DNA of 63,633 nt, counting the filler, from Sphacelaria rigidula (Eukaryota), in the NCBI GenBank assembly GCA_964200075.2. It is 10 parts of 10 records of this genome, joined end to end, with 100 filler letters (N's around TTAATTAATTAA, not from the genome) between each part and the next. Parts side by side here need not be neighbours in the genome. Positions count along the whole stretch, not along the records: positions 6,375 to 12,648 come from CAXNAA020021079.1; positions 12,749 to 19,022 come from CAXNAA020021080.1; positions 19,123 to 25,395 come from CAXNAA020021081.1; 7 more parts are not named here. One strand, given 5' to 3'. The notes below the pieces were generated by a model that did not search any database, was not told the DNA's origin, and was given only the letters and a program-made list of their open reading frames with translations. Shown piece after piece: positions 11,058-23,624 of this stretch; the stretch's first letter is position 1; each line of letters opens with the position of its first letter. The translations under genes and the position numbers were made by a program.

Positions 11058-12748
11058 CAGACTGCGTCTTCTACACGAAGTCCCGGTCAACGTTCCCGTG
11101 ACGCTTCACGATTTCTACGACTCGCGACGAGGAATCAGGTGCACTAAGGTTCTCCAGTTGCATTTTCCGCCGCCCCTAGTAGTCTCGAAAAGCAACCTCA
11201 GGTGGAATTGAGAGTTTGGATCCCAGCAGATACGATCTTCTCCTCCAGGAGTATCAGATTCCTGCCATTGAAAGGGTGGGGACTTGAGCAACGTAATTCG
11301 ACAAAAATCGACGCTGTGCGGGTAGTGGTGGTGCAATCCACGGTACCTAAATGTCAGGTATGTACCGTGGGAGAGGTGGACCAATCCCTGTAGACAATTG
11401 ACTCGTCCCAACGGAGGGGGGATGGCAGTATGGCGGAGCAGACAATGCGAATCCGTAATTGTGCGACCAGGTTTCAAGTGAATAAAGAATTTCGCCCTAG
11501 CTGCTCAAGGCAGAAGAGTGATGATATCCCCGGGATCAAACACTCTCTTGTATGCTGGCTAGTTGATGTATGTGCAAGGGGACATGTACGAGGGTATGTA
11601 ACAGCACTCGTGGACAATGAAGGAGATGAACTATTGTACACCTCGGGAGCTTACTTACTTGGTAGTCTCGTTCCTGAGGGTTCGAACACCGTAGAATAGC
11701 TGGAGACGTATCAGACGCTGGACGAAGTACTGAATTAGATCTTGAATCCCTAGACCGGCGACCAAGTACCAGGGTAGGGGTCGTGCGACAGATTCGACAT
11801 TTGACCCCAAGACATACCTTTACTCAGAGTCATGACTCAAGAAATCTGTAGATGTTCAATCAAGCTCCCACTTACGTATATATTGTATCGTTGAACTCCT
11901 ATAAATCCTTGTCATCCAACAAGATAGCGACCAGCGACTTACTTGATTTCCGAACGTCCAGATGCCGCTCAGATTTAGCATAAGATATGGATTTTTGGTA
12001 CCCGCTGATCATACCAGGAACAACTCAACAACTGCAACCATTATCACATAACATATGCCTCTCATGGTGAAGCACTTGTAGACCATGATAAAGGACGAAA
12101 GTGCATCACCCATACCTTCTCCCGCACCACAAAGTTGTAAACCATACAATCCTAAACGTTGAAGGATTCGGGCACATTAAGGTGCACGGGTACTCACCAC
12201 GACAGATGTAAAGGCACTACATGCAAAGGCACTACCATGACTAGTCGAGTGTATGAAATCGTCACGGAGGATCCGAAAAATGAGAAACTGTAGACGTTCC
12301 ATCGGAACGAGGGTTATATAGCCCCATTGCTGTTATCATGCCGAGGAGAAATAAGCTTTTCAGAAATTTCGTATATGTGCAGCTTCATTGTCACAATTTA
12401 TGTACAAGCAGCCCGCCGAGGCATTTTCTCTATACAGCACAGCGTTGGCACTTATGGTCGCGCAGCTCAGTCATCAGTATAATCCGACAATGAATACCTG
12501 TCAGTAGGAAAGACACTTCCCATGAGGAGAGACATTGAAAACAAGAACACGCAAGATACCAAAACAACTCGTTGGAGGAGCAATGCTACGGTAGGGGTGC
12601 ACTTTTTTCGCGAAATTATGTCTAGTTCGGGGGCTCCTAATGATTCTANNNNNNNNNNNNNNNNNNNNNNNNNNNNNNNNNNNNNNNNNNNNTTAATTAA
12701 TTAANNNNNNNNNNNNNNNNNNNNNNNNNNNNNNNNNNNNNNNNNNNN

Positions 12749-12987
12749 GGGTGTCTCTTGTGTGTTGCTTGCCTTAGTCGTTTGACCATTGACCACGCAT
12801 CCCTTTCGAGACGGAGCACCGTTCTTACTCCCAGATACTTCCAACATGTCGGTGCTTATCACGCTTCTTCCGTATTTTACACAAAAACCGTCTACATATC
12901 TTATCCCCGTCCTATTTCGCCGTCTCTGGCCACCATCCATCTCCTAGTGTAGTCATCGTTTTCGCCCTGCTGTCTAGTACACCAAAC
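12749..12987 (+). mobile_element. Short interspersed repeat family B (~245 bp, SINE-like); other copies at 40041-40285(-), 22110-22215(-), 14625-14705(-)
   Basis: Shared core ttagtcgtttgaccattgaccacgcatccctttcgagacggagcacc and body ctctggccaccatc(c/t)atctcctagt. Confidence 0.75.
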
Positions 12988-13407
12988 GATTTTCAGCCAT
13001 CTTCGTTCGCGTCCCACATTTCCCTCTCTAGCACGCCCCGTTCCTCTTCGTACAGTTCTAATTCTACCACTTTGTGAGTTCTGCTCTCGGTGCATCTACT
13101 TCCTCCTCCTCTCGACGACTGGGAAATCTCTTTCTTCTTTTTGGCAGGTCCAGGTCCCCCACCCGAAATCGCAGTTTCAAAATTTTCGCCGCATTCATTG
13201 GGCCATGCAAATATGCGTTCATCCCTATTCCCTCTCTCAACCCCACATATATCTTCAAGTGGTGGGGGGAAGGGGAAGGGGGAAGGGGGGGGGGATTGTG
13301 CCGAGACAACAGATGCCGTCGTTTCGCACACTCCGATGCCTACAACATTCGATTTTGACACAATTTTGACAATGCTCCTTGTCTGCTTAATTTTTTCTCT
13401 TGCGCAG

Positions 13408-13998
13408 TCCGCCGAAGCCGGTAGGCTTTGTGTCCGACTAGCAGCGGTTGGATCGCGATCAGAATCGGTATCGGGGGCGGGGGCGGGGACGACACCCGTC
13501 AATCCGCTCGCAGGCTTAACCGAAGGCACTGCTGTCACGACTCCCGCTGCAACGCCGGTGGCGGCCGAGGACTCTCTGCGAACGCACGCGACGGGTTTGA
13601 TGTCGGCGGCGCTCGCGTTTACGCGGCAGGCCACCGACATGGCGGTCAACAAGGGGTTCGGGAATGATCTACTGCGAAGGCTGAGAGAGGGGCCCGTAGC
13701 GGATCACCTTCGCGAGGAGGCGACCGCCGTCAGGGTTTCAAAGCAAGGAGGCCACGTTGTTGGCGACACTGACGCTGCTGATACGGGTTCACTGCCGCTC
13801 GGTAGTACGGCGCCGGGCGGCAAGAGTGATGGGGACTCAGGCGCCGCCACGGTGGCTGCAAACGGGACCATCCGGGCAGCGGAGGTGGGGGCGGTAGTCG
13901 GAGGAGGGGGGAGAAATTTCGAGCAGTGGTCGAGTTTGGCAGCCGTTGAAGCGGAACACGTGGTTGCGTGCCTGAGTGCAATCGGCGGGTACCAGGAG
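13408..13998 (+). CDS. DCAF1: DCAF1/VPRBP homologue, internal exon 1 of 5 seen
   Basis: Acceptor ttttttctcttgcgcag|, donor gag|gtacgt; 591 nt, phase 0-0. Ends VVACLSAIGGYQE (cf. DCAF1 LTPLGEYQE). Confidence 0.8.
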
Positions 13999-14985
13999 GT
14001 ACGTTGTGCGGCTGTGTGTGGTGAGGATGGTTTGGCGGGGCGAATCCCTGCAAATTTTCGCCAACACGCCGCTTTGTTGGTGTGCCCTGCTGTATGTGCA
14101 TGGGATATGTATTGATGTAGTATGGACATGAGCGCACATTTCTTTGTTGATTAGTTTCGGGTTGGGGAGCGTGTTATCGATCACCTCTGTGTCTGGTGTA
14201 GGTGTAGTCCACGTTCGCCGCTCCTTCATCCCGTCCGCTGCTGAAGCTGCGAGGATTTGGCGTAAAGTGAACCGAGTGAACAGGTTTATAATCAGCATCG
14301 CCCAGTGTCATGTTGTGATGAAGGGTCCAGCCGGGACGGTGTTTTTTTTCAGAGGGTGTTCGTAAATGGGTGCATGATGCGTTGGCTAGTATTTCTCCAA
14401 GATTAGGTCCTGACAAGAAGCTTATCTTCCGTTGTACCGCTGCTGAGTTGGGCTTGTTTTGTAGGTTCTCGATTCAGGCACCCTTATTGCTAACGGTTAC
14501 GGATTGTACAAGAGGACTTTGATGGGTACATCCTTTGCCGTAAAGCAACTGAGGGAAACGATGAAATCGTACAATCCTCCTCGTAATGTACGGAAGAAAA
14601 CGTAATGAGCGCCTAAAGGTGCCTCCGTTTGGAGCAAGAACCGGTGCTCCGTCTCGAAAGGGATGCGTGGTTAATGACTAGATGACTGAGACAAGCAACA
14701 AGTGAAATCCTCCGCCCTCCCCCCTAGAGCCTGGTCCGGCGAAAACCCGCTCTCGGGTACGTCTATCATGTTACCACGGCTGGATCCCTGGAGGGTCAGT
14801 CATAGGGCGACAATCACTCAATCAATCACTTCGTCCCGGATTTGTAGAGATGCGAGGTCAATGGTCCTATGACTACTGCATGCGATGATGAGTACCCTAC
14901 GCATTTCCTTGCCATCGCTTCATCTCTTCCCCTGTTTGTCTACTGCCGCTTGGTTTCGTTAATTGCCATGGATGGCGTGGTGCAG

Positions 14986-15108
14986 ATACTTGCGCCTTTA
15001 TTTGGAGGTAACGGTCTGGCGGTGCTGGATCTGCTTCTAGAACAACCCCGACTGGAGATGCGTTTGCACACGGTGGAGATCTTGTCCGCTCTCCTCGCAC
15101 ACAAGAAG
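14986..15108 (+). CDS. DCAF1: DCAF1/VPRBP homologue exon 2
   Basis: tgcag| ... aag|gtgctc; 123 nt, phase 0. ILAPLFGGNGLAVLDLLLEQPRLEMRLHTVEILSALLAHKK (cf. LASLLLHNK in animals, ICALAAHRK in plants). Confidence 0.85.
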
Positions 15109-15663
15109 GTGCTCACTTGTATCAAGTCACTGGGACCGTATCGTTACCAGTTTTATTCGTCTTTATTCATGTTTCGAAACCGTCATGCTTCACACCTAGG
15201 CGTCGGTTGAATCTCAGAGATCAACAACTCACGGGACGGACGTGTTCAGATTTCGTTTTGTATTATTAAAAGTCGATTTTTTTCAACAATTTTTCCGTGC
15301 ATGTTCGCGGTTTGTTTGATGAATCTCTGTTCCGAAACAACCCTATCCAGCCGTATCGTATCCATGGAGAAGGAGGCTCGACAATCAAGAAGCGTGAGGT
15401 GTTGTGTATTTGCAAAATAGGGTCTATCATGCATCGATGGGGAAGCCATGCATACATCTTGTGTGTGTATGGGTATACATTTGTGTTGGACTTTTTGCAA
15501 TTCCTTCTGTATTACTTCTGTCAGATTCGTGATTTCTAAATAGTGGCTGGTCGTGTCGGCGTTTTGTTTTCGCACGATGCTCACTGTTGGTCATTATCCA
15601 AATATTTTGTTCGTGCACACATACACACACACTGGATTATGATACGCACACACGCACGCGCAG

Positions 15664-15816
15664 GTCGGACTAGCCTTCGTGCGCAGGGGTTGGGTAGACA
15701 CCCTCCTCCAACTTGGTGCGTCGAGGCACGCGTGCTTCTTGGAGTCGGAGATAGCGTTCTGCTTACACGGATTGGCCAACAGCGCGGGAGTGATGGAAGC
15801 AGTATGCAGGCTACAG
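15664..15816 (+). CDS. DCAF1: DCAF1/VPRBP homologue exon 3
   Basis: cgcag| ... cag|gtgaga; 153 nt, phase 0. VGLAFVRRGWVDTLLQLGASRHACFLESEIAFCLHGLANSAGVMEAVCRLQ (cf. FVAHGGVQKLL...CLYYLS...AMERVC). Confidence 0.88.
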
Positions 15817-16829
15817 GTGAGATTACCGTGAAGCCTCCTTTTCACCAGCACACCGAATTGCGAACCCACCCTCCTTTTCTTGGAGGCGCTTCTCTGGACA
15901 CAATTCACTCTCTGGCCGTGCCACAGTACTTGCACCTTTTGACAAGGTGTGTGCTGTTCGTTGGAAGGCGTCTGCACATGATGTGGACGTGCTTTGCGAG
16001 CTCGATTTGCGCTTGATGATGTTTCCAATGGTGGCTGCAGAACCACTGTGCTAGCAGCAAGCGGCGTGTGTGTCGGAGTCATGCTTACGCATCTGTCATG
16101 CTCGTAAAAGTGGTTGACAGAGCGTAAATCTCGGAAATATTTTTCGGCAACTTACCCTAACCCTATCCCGAGCCAGGGCATACAAGAACCCTCGGGCGAG
16201 GGAACTGCAAAGGCTGCTGTAGGCAAAGTGTACTTCGAAGGACCTCAGATCGGCGCCTGAAGCGCCAACTCAGACAAAATTACGTTCTGGACAGGCGAGG
16301 AGCACACGGGACTGTCAGCCCCCCCTAAAAATCCGAATATCGGTGTTCACTCTTGAGATAGAGCAACATAATTATTTTCACGACGAATGCATAAATAAGC
16401 CCTGTCGGTGTGTCGTTATAAACATTACTGTCCAGAAATGTGTCCATTGACGAAAACTCCGCGTATGAGTAGTAGAAGCTACCATCGTTGTCGTTGGAGT
16501 AATCGTAATCGCAATGGCGAAAAAAAAAAGTGAACGGTTTTCACGGAAAACTTTTGGACTCCGGAGATAGATATATACTCATATATGTTCTCTTTCTTTC
16601 TACCTCGTACGCAAAAACATTCGTAACTGGAATAAAAAAAATGCAACGTCAACATAAAAATATAACATAATATTAATATCATACTCGAAACAGCCCTCGA
16701 ATAATTTCTCTACTTGATGTACGAAAATGAGCAAGACTGCTTGCACGGATCGAAACCTACCTTCTGGTTTTTTCGGTATCCTTTTTGTTTCGCGCTTTTT
16801 GTGTGCACACCGCGTCCAACGGGCTACAG

Positions 16830-16913
16830 GGTGGCAGCTTGGAGAGGCTGCTAGAGTACGCAGCCGGGTTGCTGCGTTCAACTAGCGAGTCCACTCAGAA
16901 AAATGCTCTTCAG
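16830..16913 (+). CDS. DCAF1: DCAF1/VPRBP homologue exon 4
   Basis: ctacag| ... cag|gtgagg; 84 nt, phase 0. GGSLERLLEYAAGLLRSTSESTQKNALQ (cf. plant DCAF1 AIELLDCSQDQARKNSAL). Confidence 0.85.
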
Positions 16914-17519
16914 GTGAGGAGCATATATACATATACTACGCTTGGAACTCTAGAGTAAGTTTTGATTTCGAAAAAAAGGCTATATTTGTCATCACAATAT
17001 TCACAGCAAGAACGGCCATGCCCGACAGTGGTGTAAACGCAAAATCATAGAGCTAATCTCCAAAACGATCCACTGGGTAATGATTTTGGAGCAGAGTGTG
17101 TCGTATCCTGAAGTGTTGGGATAGAAGACGGCGGCTTTCATGTTTAGGGAACAAACAGTACAGCTAGCTATAACCCTTTTGGGACCGACCCCCCACTAAC
17201 TCGGGGTTGACTATGTGTTGCCGAAGTAATAAAAAGAAGTCAGGGAGCGCCCTGCTCAATCACGGCGAGGTGAAATTTATCGACCAGACCCGAACGACCA
17301 GCGCGGTGACTGTTACCGAGTTTGATCTCGCCGCCAAGATCGTGTGGGGGCCCTATCCCTGGTCCGGATAAGCCTTCCCAGGTATGCCAATCCCGGATGC
17401 TCGGGGAACGGTTTATCGTATTACTTGCATTCAGTACAGCGCTTCCGGGATTCCCCGCGTGTTTTTTTGGGTCGCTAGCCTATACTAAAACGTCGTAATT
17501 ACACCAAGACAGGGTGGAG

Positions 17520-18160
17520 GGGAAACACCGGCAAAGAGGGTAAATTCCACTGTGTTGTCATTTTCGCGAGGCACTAAATGCAGCTGGGCTGTGGAAGAAG
17601 AGAAGGAGCTATCGTCGCCGATGCCTTGCAGAACACTGTTAACATGTATGTAGTGGACGGGAATGAAGAAGCGGTATATAGGCAGCTGATCTCGGTAGCT
17701 GAGAACTGTCCAGAACGTGCAAGGGAGTATGCAGCGGCAGCTGCTGCTGCAGTCGGAGAGGCGTACCGCAGTGTGTTTTTCTGTACTGTATGTATATGAG
17801 CTGCAACACTCATACTCTTCGAAGAGAATTTGCCGCTGCGACAAAGAGGGAAATCGCGGCCCACCTCGACCACAAATGGCTGTGTGGCAAGGTGATGGGG
17901 ACAATGATATCATTCAAAGCCACAAGTGGCGGGCGGCCCGCCGGTCGCCGCATCCTGTTGAAAGCTCCCCACGCCGACCCATACTGCTTGCTACATCGGA
18001 TGTACATTGCCTAATGCGCACCCTGCACCGGAAAATAGATGAAATGAAACTTTGAGTCTTGGTCATAATCCTGCGGTTTCATGCGCGGATTTCAGCAACA
18101 TGAAGCCACTGTTTCGTGCAGACGCCAGACAAGTTATTCCTAACCAGCCTCATTTTTCGT
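17520..18160 (-). pseudogene. Ulp1/C48-like SUMO protease remnant, probably transposon-borne, within a DCAF1 intron
   Basis: Minus-strand motifs in C48 order: NLSGVCTKQWLHVAEI (cf. LxxLxxxxWLNDEVI), SKFHFIYF, NDIIVPITLPHSHLW (cf. IFVPINxxxxHW), VPRENDN.. (cf. PQQxNxxDCG, frameshifted). Stops present. Confidence 0.4.
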
Positions 18161-18319
18161 TCTAGAGGCCCGGTCCCAACGGGGTTAATAGGGTGTCATC
18201 TGGCAGGGGTGAGTTAATTGTGTCCGTGCAGAATTGGCTGTGCTACAGAAGATTTATTCGACGATCAAGATCCAAAATAGAGCTTCGTATGAACTAGTTT
18301 GATAGCAGCTCGGGGAGGG

Positions 18320-18419
18320 GGAATGCGCTCATGATCTTGCATGCCGTGGCCATCAGACTATCGACCACGCATCTCTACAAAGCTGGGACCGAGCACGCCG
18401 TCTTTTCGCCGGACTAGGC
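18320..18419 (+). mobile_element. Short interspersed repeat family A (~97 bp); opposite-orientation copies at 14729-14898 (interrupted), 25343-25395, 37449-37500, 38242-38308, 43476-43562, 44258-44353
   Basis: Consensus (rev-comp form) gcctggtccggcgaaaacccggcgtgctccgtcccggctttgtagggatgcgaggtcaatggtcttatgactacggcatgcatgatcatgagtacaccc. Confidence 0.8.
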
Positions 18420-18644
18420 GGGGGGGGGAGGTGATGCTAGCAGTGTTGTTCTTCCCTTCTCGCGCTTTTGAGACTTTGAAATGGGGGGAGCGTCAGATTT
18501 ACCCAGATGAGGCGTGAACATTCAGTATATCGGCAGCGAACATTCGCTATACCCTTGATGTGTCGTGAAGCCGAAGGCTATCACCTGAAAAAGGAGCGAG
18601 CCTGTGCTGACGGATAGAGCTCCGCTGTTCTTATTTTCCTGCAG

Positions 18645-18746
18645 TTTTGGGACTGCGCCCTGCGCTTCCCTCCGGCGTTAGAGGCGTTCGAGCAACACGG
18701 AGGCGTTTCCAAGCTGCTTTATCTGCTGCTACCCACTACGGTACAG
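18645..18746 (+). CDS. DCAF1: DCAF1/VPRBP homologue exon 5 (gene continues beyond the contig end)
   Basis: Acceptor ttattttcctgcag|. FWDCALRFPPALEAFEQHGGVSKLLYLLLPTTVQ (cf. FFSICFSFRAVLELFDRYDGLRRLVNLI). Donor at 18747 (gtggga) or 18741. Confidence 0.85.
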
Positions 18747-18795
18747 GTGGGAGAGGGCGATTGGCACATCGACCGTTCATATATTGTTGCAAGGA

Positions 18796-18988
18796 CAGGT
18801 CGAGTAGAGTAAACTCAATTGCGGGGTATTTTGAAAGACGTACTTGAGGTACTCAAATTAGGGTAGAGGGTTGGGAGTCGTCCTCAAAAAATAACTGGAA
18901 AGCGATCCCTAAAACCCTACCCACAATTTGTGTACTTCAAGTACGACTTTCAAAATACCCCGCAATTTAGTATACTCTACTCGACCTG
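18796..18988. mobile_element. Palindromic MITE with CAGG...CCTG termini
   Basis: caggtcgagtagagta...gcggggtattttgaaa is inverted against ttttcaaaataccccgc...tactctactcgacctg. Confidence 0.8.
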
Positions 18989-19192
18989 CTCTTTTATTGT
19001 TGTATGTTTTTTTAACGTCGTTNNNNNNNNNNNNNNNNNNNNNNNNNNNNNNNNNNNNNNNNNNNNTTAATTAATTAANNNNNNNNNNNNNNNNNNNNNN
19101 NNNNNNNNNNNNNNNNNNNNNNCATTCACTGATTGACCGCTTTTCACTCTCAATCGTATCATCTACTCTCAATCTCACGAAAACACTGTTAA

Positions 19193-20573
19193 ATGTGCTC
19201 CGCTCCATCCACTCCGGATATCCGCTCCGTTTGACTTAAATTCCAATCCGCTCCGTTTGAAAAAAAAATCCGCGGATTAATCCGTTTTTCATCCGGATAA
19301 CGTATGCCGTGGGAAATCCGAAATCCGGCCACTCCTGCAGCCCACAATCCGGATAAAGGCATCCCCAAAGCCCCACCGAGCCTCAACTCCCGTGGCCACC
19401 ATCCAGGATAGTCGTGTTGTAGGCGTTTCTGCTAGAGCCTAGTATAGGTACACTCCTAGCCTATATATACCCCCCTATAAGAAGTAATGGATATTTATGA
19501 AATTAAACATATATAAGAAGTAATGGATAATCATTTGATAATTATATTAATGTTAAGATTGGGTTGGGGTTTGAATTATTGTTTTTGAACAAGGGAAAGA
19601 CAATATAATATAGTATATAATATAATATAATATAAATAATATTAATGAATTACATAATTAAACATTCAAACTATAATATATTGTAATCAGTTAACTAATG
19701 TTTGCTTGAGGATGGAATGGGAATGTTTATCGGAATGGGAACTGATTTTTATGTTTTGGACAAGGGGAAAACAAGATGCCATGCAGTGCGCGATATATTT
19801 GACGCTTGCCTATTACTTACACAAAGGGAACACGAGATATGTCAGGCTTTTTTCACCGAGGTGAAGTTTTGATGCGATGAGCGACGCCCAGGCACCCTCA
19901 TCCCCGGCAGTGTTACTGCAAAAGAATTAGCGCAATAACGGTAGAAAAAATCGGATCGGGATCGGCACGTGCTTCTCGTGACGAGTGGGGGGTGGGAGGT
20001 AGCTAGCGGGTGGCGTGAAATTTATTTTTCACCCGTGGGTACTTTTTTGTCTCCATCACTGGTGACTCCTTACAGCTATACACGTCGATATCCTACGCAG
20101 GGATATCAAAAGCCTCTACTACAGAAAGCATATGGGGCCTCGTGGAGGGGCATTTCGGAACTGAAACGATACATTCACTAATTGAATGCTTTTCACTCCC
20201 AAGCGTATCCTCTACTCTTAATCTCACGAAAACATTGTAATTAGCCGTGGAAAAGGCGTTCATTCTTGCACATCGCTAGTACAATGCGTGGGTAACGACG
20301 GCAACCTTTCTCATTTCAGTCTTCATTTGATTTGTGCATCTGGCTCGTGATACGTGACCCAAGGCTCCACTGCGCCTTTTAGGCATGCGCAGCATACACG
20401 TGGGGAGATTCGAGGATTGTTCATCGCTCGTTTTCCTCGAAATCCGTCTGTAAATCGGATATTCGGATATCCGGGTATCCGCCACTTTTTTCAATCCGCG
20501 GATTGATCCGGATAAGACTGCCCGAAATCCGAAATCTGCTCCGTTTGAAAAATTCAAACGGAGCACAACTCTA
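19193..20573. mobile_element. Fragments of a hAT-like non-autonomous element: ATCCG-rich subterminal arrays at 19193-19350 and 20440-20573
   Basis: Dense ATCCG/CGGAT motifs, shared gctccgtttgaaaaa, terminus ...aaacggagcacaactcta. A ~65-bp direct repeat also occurs at 19123-19190 and 20172-20240. Confidence 0.45.
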
Positions 20574-22277
20574 ATGACAACGGCCAACATCGGAGGCAGT
20601 GTTCGTCCGAAGCGTGGGCTTGTCGTCGTGCAGGTCATACCGTACCGTACCGTACCGTATCGTACGGTGCCGTGTCTTTTCATTAGCTTCCTTACCCTGC
20701 GAGACGTCAGTGACTGGGGATCCTACTTCGTTTGTTTCGCTCTCTATCGTGCCTGCCATCCCTTTATCCGGAATTGTAGAGAGGCACCCCGCCCGCAGTA
20801 TCCGGCTGGTTCGTCAGGCTGTGAGCATGACGGGAGCTGAGCTGTACCGTCACTTGTGCAGACATGTCGGTATATAGACTGGCTTCTCAAGAGAACGTAT
20901 CATTATCCATTCACTGGATAATGACGGGGCTTTATGCAGTACTCTCTGTGTAGCCGGTCACGGTAAACCATTGATTTCTCGGTGAAAGCTTCCGATCCTA
21001 TACGATACAATACATTACGATTCCATACAAACCTAGCCGGTGACGACCAACTCTGTATGGAGTGGTGCTTGTAAAATTAGAGCCATGTGGCTAGACCTGG
21101 TTCAAACAGTCGTTCCTTATGTACGATTATACTGTGTTGAACCCTGTGTCCGCTACACAAAATCTTTGCGCTTGCCATTTTCTGTCTCAGTTTTCCATGC
21201 CGTTTTACTATGCACTCACGTTTATACACGAATAATGGCCGCTTTGATACGTTGCTTGAGGCAAACAAGATTGCTTTATGCGAAGTAATCTTCATGTCGG
21301 TACAAATACCCAGCGGCGTTAATGTGGGTAGCTGAACGGTGCCTTACGCTGCGAAATGACACGCGTATGAGTGTGCCGTTGTGCATCATCACACACATAC
21401 GACACCCATACAGAAGTCCCCCCCCCCCCCGTATCACGGGATAAGGGTCAAGTACAAGGGCAGTGAAGGGAACCAGGGTTGGAAGCACAGTCTCGTAGAG
21501 GAGAGGTTAGTGAATTGAGGCAAGTATTTGTGCGTGAAGATGGGATATATGCAAAAAAGACAGAACGTCGACCACAGGACTATTTCTGGAATTTTCTCCA
21601 TGTGCATATGTTTTGGGTGAAAATACCAAGTATTGTACAGCGTGTGACGAGGGTGAGCACGGTACTGTAAGGCTGGATCTCTGAGGGATGAGTTGAAGCA
21701 CGACACAGTCAAATCAATCAATGTTGTGTAGTGGCCGCATGGCAGACAGATAGGTGTACAGAAGAAAAATGAGGGGTGCTAAACATGATAACTGAAAATG
21801 ATTGCCCGATACATTACTCTGTGATGGTGATGGTGGTGGTGGTGGTGGTGGTGGTCATGGTCGTGGTCGCAGTAGCAGCAGTAGCAGCAGTAGCAGCAGT
21901 AGCAGTGTGAAAACACCCTAGCCGCAGCGTTCATCTCCTTGTCCCCCAAAGCGCACAGGCCCAGCAGATGATTTCGTAAACTGGCAGTTTTGTGCCCGAT
22001 GCAATGCAGTACCATTTTTTTCACCATATGGTAACAGCATTTTTACTAAGCACGCCCCGCTTCCCCTCCCCCCGCTCCGTGTTGTGTAATGGAAAAAATC
22101 TAACGAGCGGCCAAATGTTGGAGGTGTCTATTAGGAGTAGGAATCGCGCTCAGTCTCGAAAGGGATGCGTGGTCGATGGTCAAATGACTAAGGCAGGCAA
22201 CAAATGAGTACGCCCACCCGCCCCCCGCCCCCCCTCGCTCCCTTTTTTTGCCGTGGGGCGCTTCCTGTTTTCGGTAG

Positions 22278-22416
22278 GGCACAACATTCGTGCCCGGATC
22301 AGCGGAACTCATGGCCACACCGGAAACGTTTCGATGGCTCATTCGAGAGACCTTCGCTGCGGACGTGAACGACACTGGCGCCAGCACGTGTGGAAGCGGA
22401 AACCTGGAAGTCCCAC
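22278..22416 (+). CDS. Putative exon of an unidentified gene
   Basis: Pyrimidine-rich acceptor ...ttcctgttttcggtag|, donor |gtatgt. Open frame GTTFVPGSAELMATPETFRWLIRETFAADVNDTGASTCGSGNLEVP ends in phase 1, compatible with 24377-24495. Confidence 0.5.
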
Positions 22417-22441
22417 GTATGTCATGTTAACTGCTCGCTTC

Positions 22442-22474
<33 letters not shown>

Positions 22475-23197
22475 CTGTTTGTATGGATGTGTGTCACAGT
22501 CCAGTGTGCAATGAGTGGTATTGTGGCTTAAATACGAAGAGATGGAAGCGGATTGCCGGCACCTTCATGTATGATCGTGTACTTGCTGTATGTCACTTTT
22601 TTTTCTGGGTTGGGTGTGGGCTTGCTGTATGGGTGTGTCATATTCTAGTGTGCTAGTGTGTCTGATATCTGATGCGCGTCTAGCTTGTTGAGAGTGTATT
22701 TTGTCATCCTTTAAAACCCTGACGTTCCTCGACACGAGTCCGTGGTGTGAAGGGGGGGGCGTACTCATTTGAAGGGGTCAACCTACCGTACCCACGTGTA
22801 ACATGTGGTATTGCGAGTTACATCCGTACTCCCGCGCAGCGGGTTGACTGCCGTCCAACTTTATTTTGTCAACTCCCTTTTTTCATGTTTATAACTGTGG
22901 AAGTCAGACACTTGTCGGAACGAAAATGTGTAGAAGTGTGTCTGATGAAAGTTGATACCCCGCTGCTCCGCCCCCTCAGGTTTGTATGATATACTGTACC
23001 ATTTTGAATTCGGCTACCAGGGCGAGATATAAGCATGTGGGTAAGCTTTCGATTGTTCGTGTTTGTCATGCTCTAGTTTGTATGTATGAGGGCATAATTT
23101 GGATTTATCTGGAAAAAATCAATCAATCAATCAAGCAATCGATAATCTATCAAGAAGCGAAGAAATGCGGGGGAAATACGAGCAATACCACCGCATA

Positions 23198-23624
23198 ACA
23201 CGGGATTTTACAAATTGGGGATGGATCTTTTATTGGGGATGAAAACCCGGAGAATTAAAGTCTTCGCATCCACACCAAATCTTCGAAACATGATTCCATT
23301 TCTTCACTTGCTGGTAGCTTTTGACAACTGCTACACGCCATACAAATGTGGATTCCAATAATCGAAATGTCGGGGTCCTAGGTGAAAAACCACTTTTCGG
23401 GGATTTAGGTGATGCGATCGGACGCCAAAAGTTGGTTTTCACCTAGGACCCCGACTTTGGTTATCGAAATCCAATTTTGTGTGATATGTAGTAGTTGTCA
23501 ATAGCTACCAGAAAATGAAGAAATGGAAGCATACTTTAAAGTTTTGGTGTGGATACGAAGATTTTAGTTCTCCGGGTTTTCATCCCCAATACAAGATCCA
23601 TCCCCAATTCGTAAAATCCCGTGT
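23198..23624. mobile_element. Long palindromic MITE/foldback (~427 bp)
   Basis: acacgggattttac...ggggatggatctt...ggggtcctaggtgaaaacca is inverted against ggttttcacctaggacccc...aagatccatcccc...gtaaaatcccgtgt. Confidence 0.85.

Noticed and set aside
13090..14115. Single-exon 341-aa gene, and antisense ORFs 12993..13652 and 13704..14129
   Set aside because: Only 13408-13998 is bounded by splice sites. The flanks are intronic and the antisense ORFs are shadows of GC-rich coding sequence.
17578..17799. Plus-strand exon in the DCAF1 gene
   Set aside because: Exons 16830-16913 and 18645-18746 already join collinearly with DCAF1, so no extra exon is needed. The region overlaps the antisense Ulp1-like relic.
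20780..20869. Sixth DCAF1 exon (RQAVSMTGAELYRHLCRHV)
   Set aside because: The resemblance is weak, the phase is incompatible and it lies on a different contig beyond a spacer.
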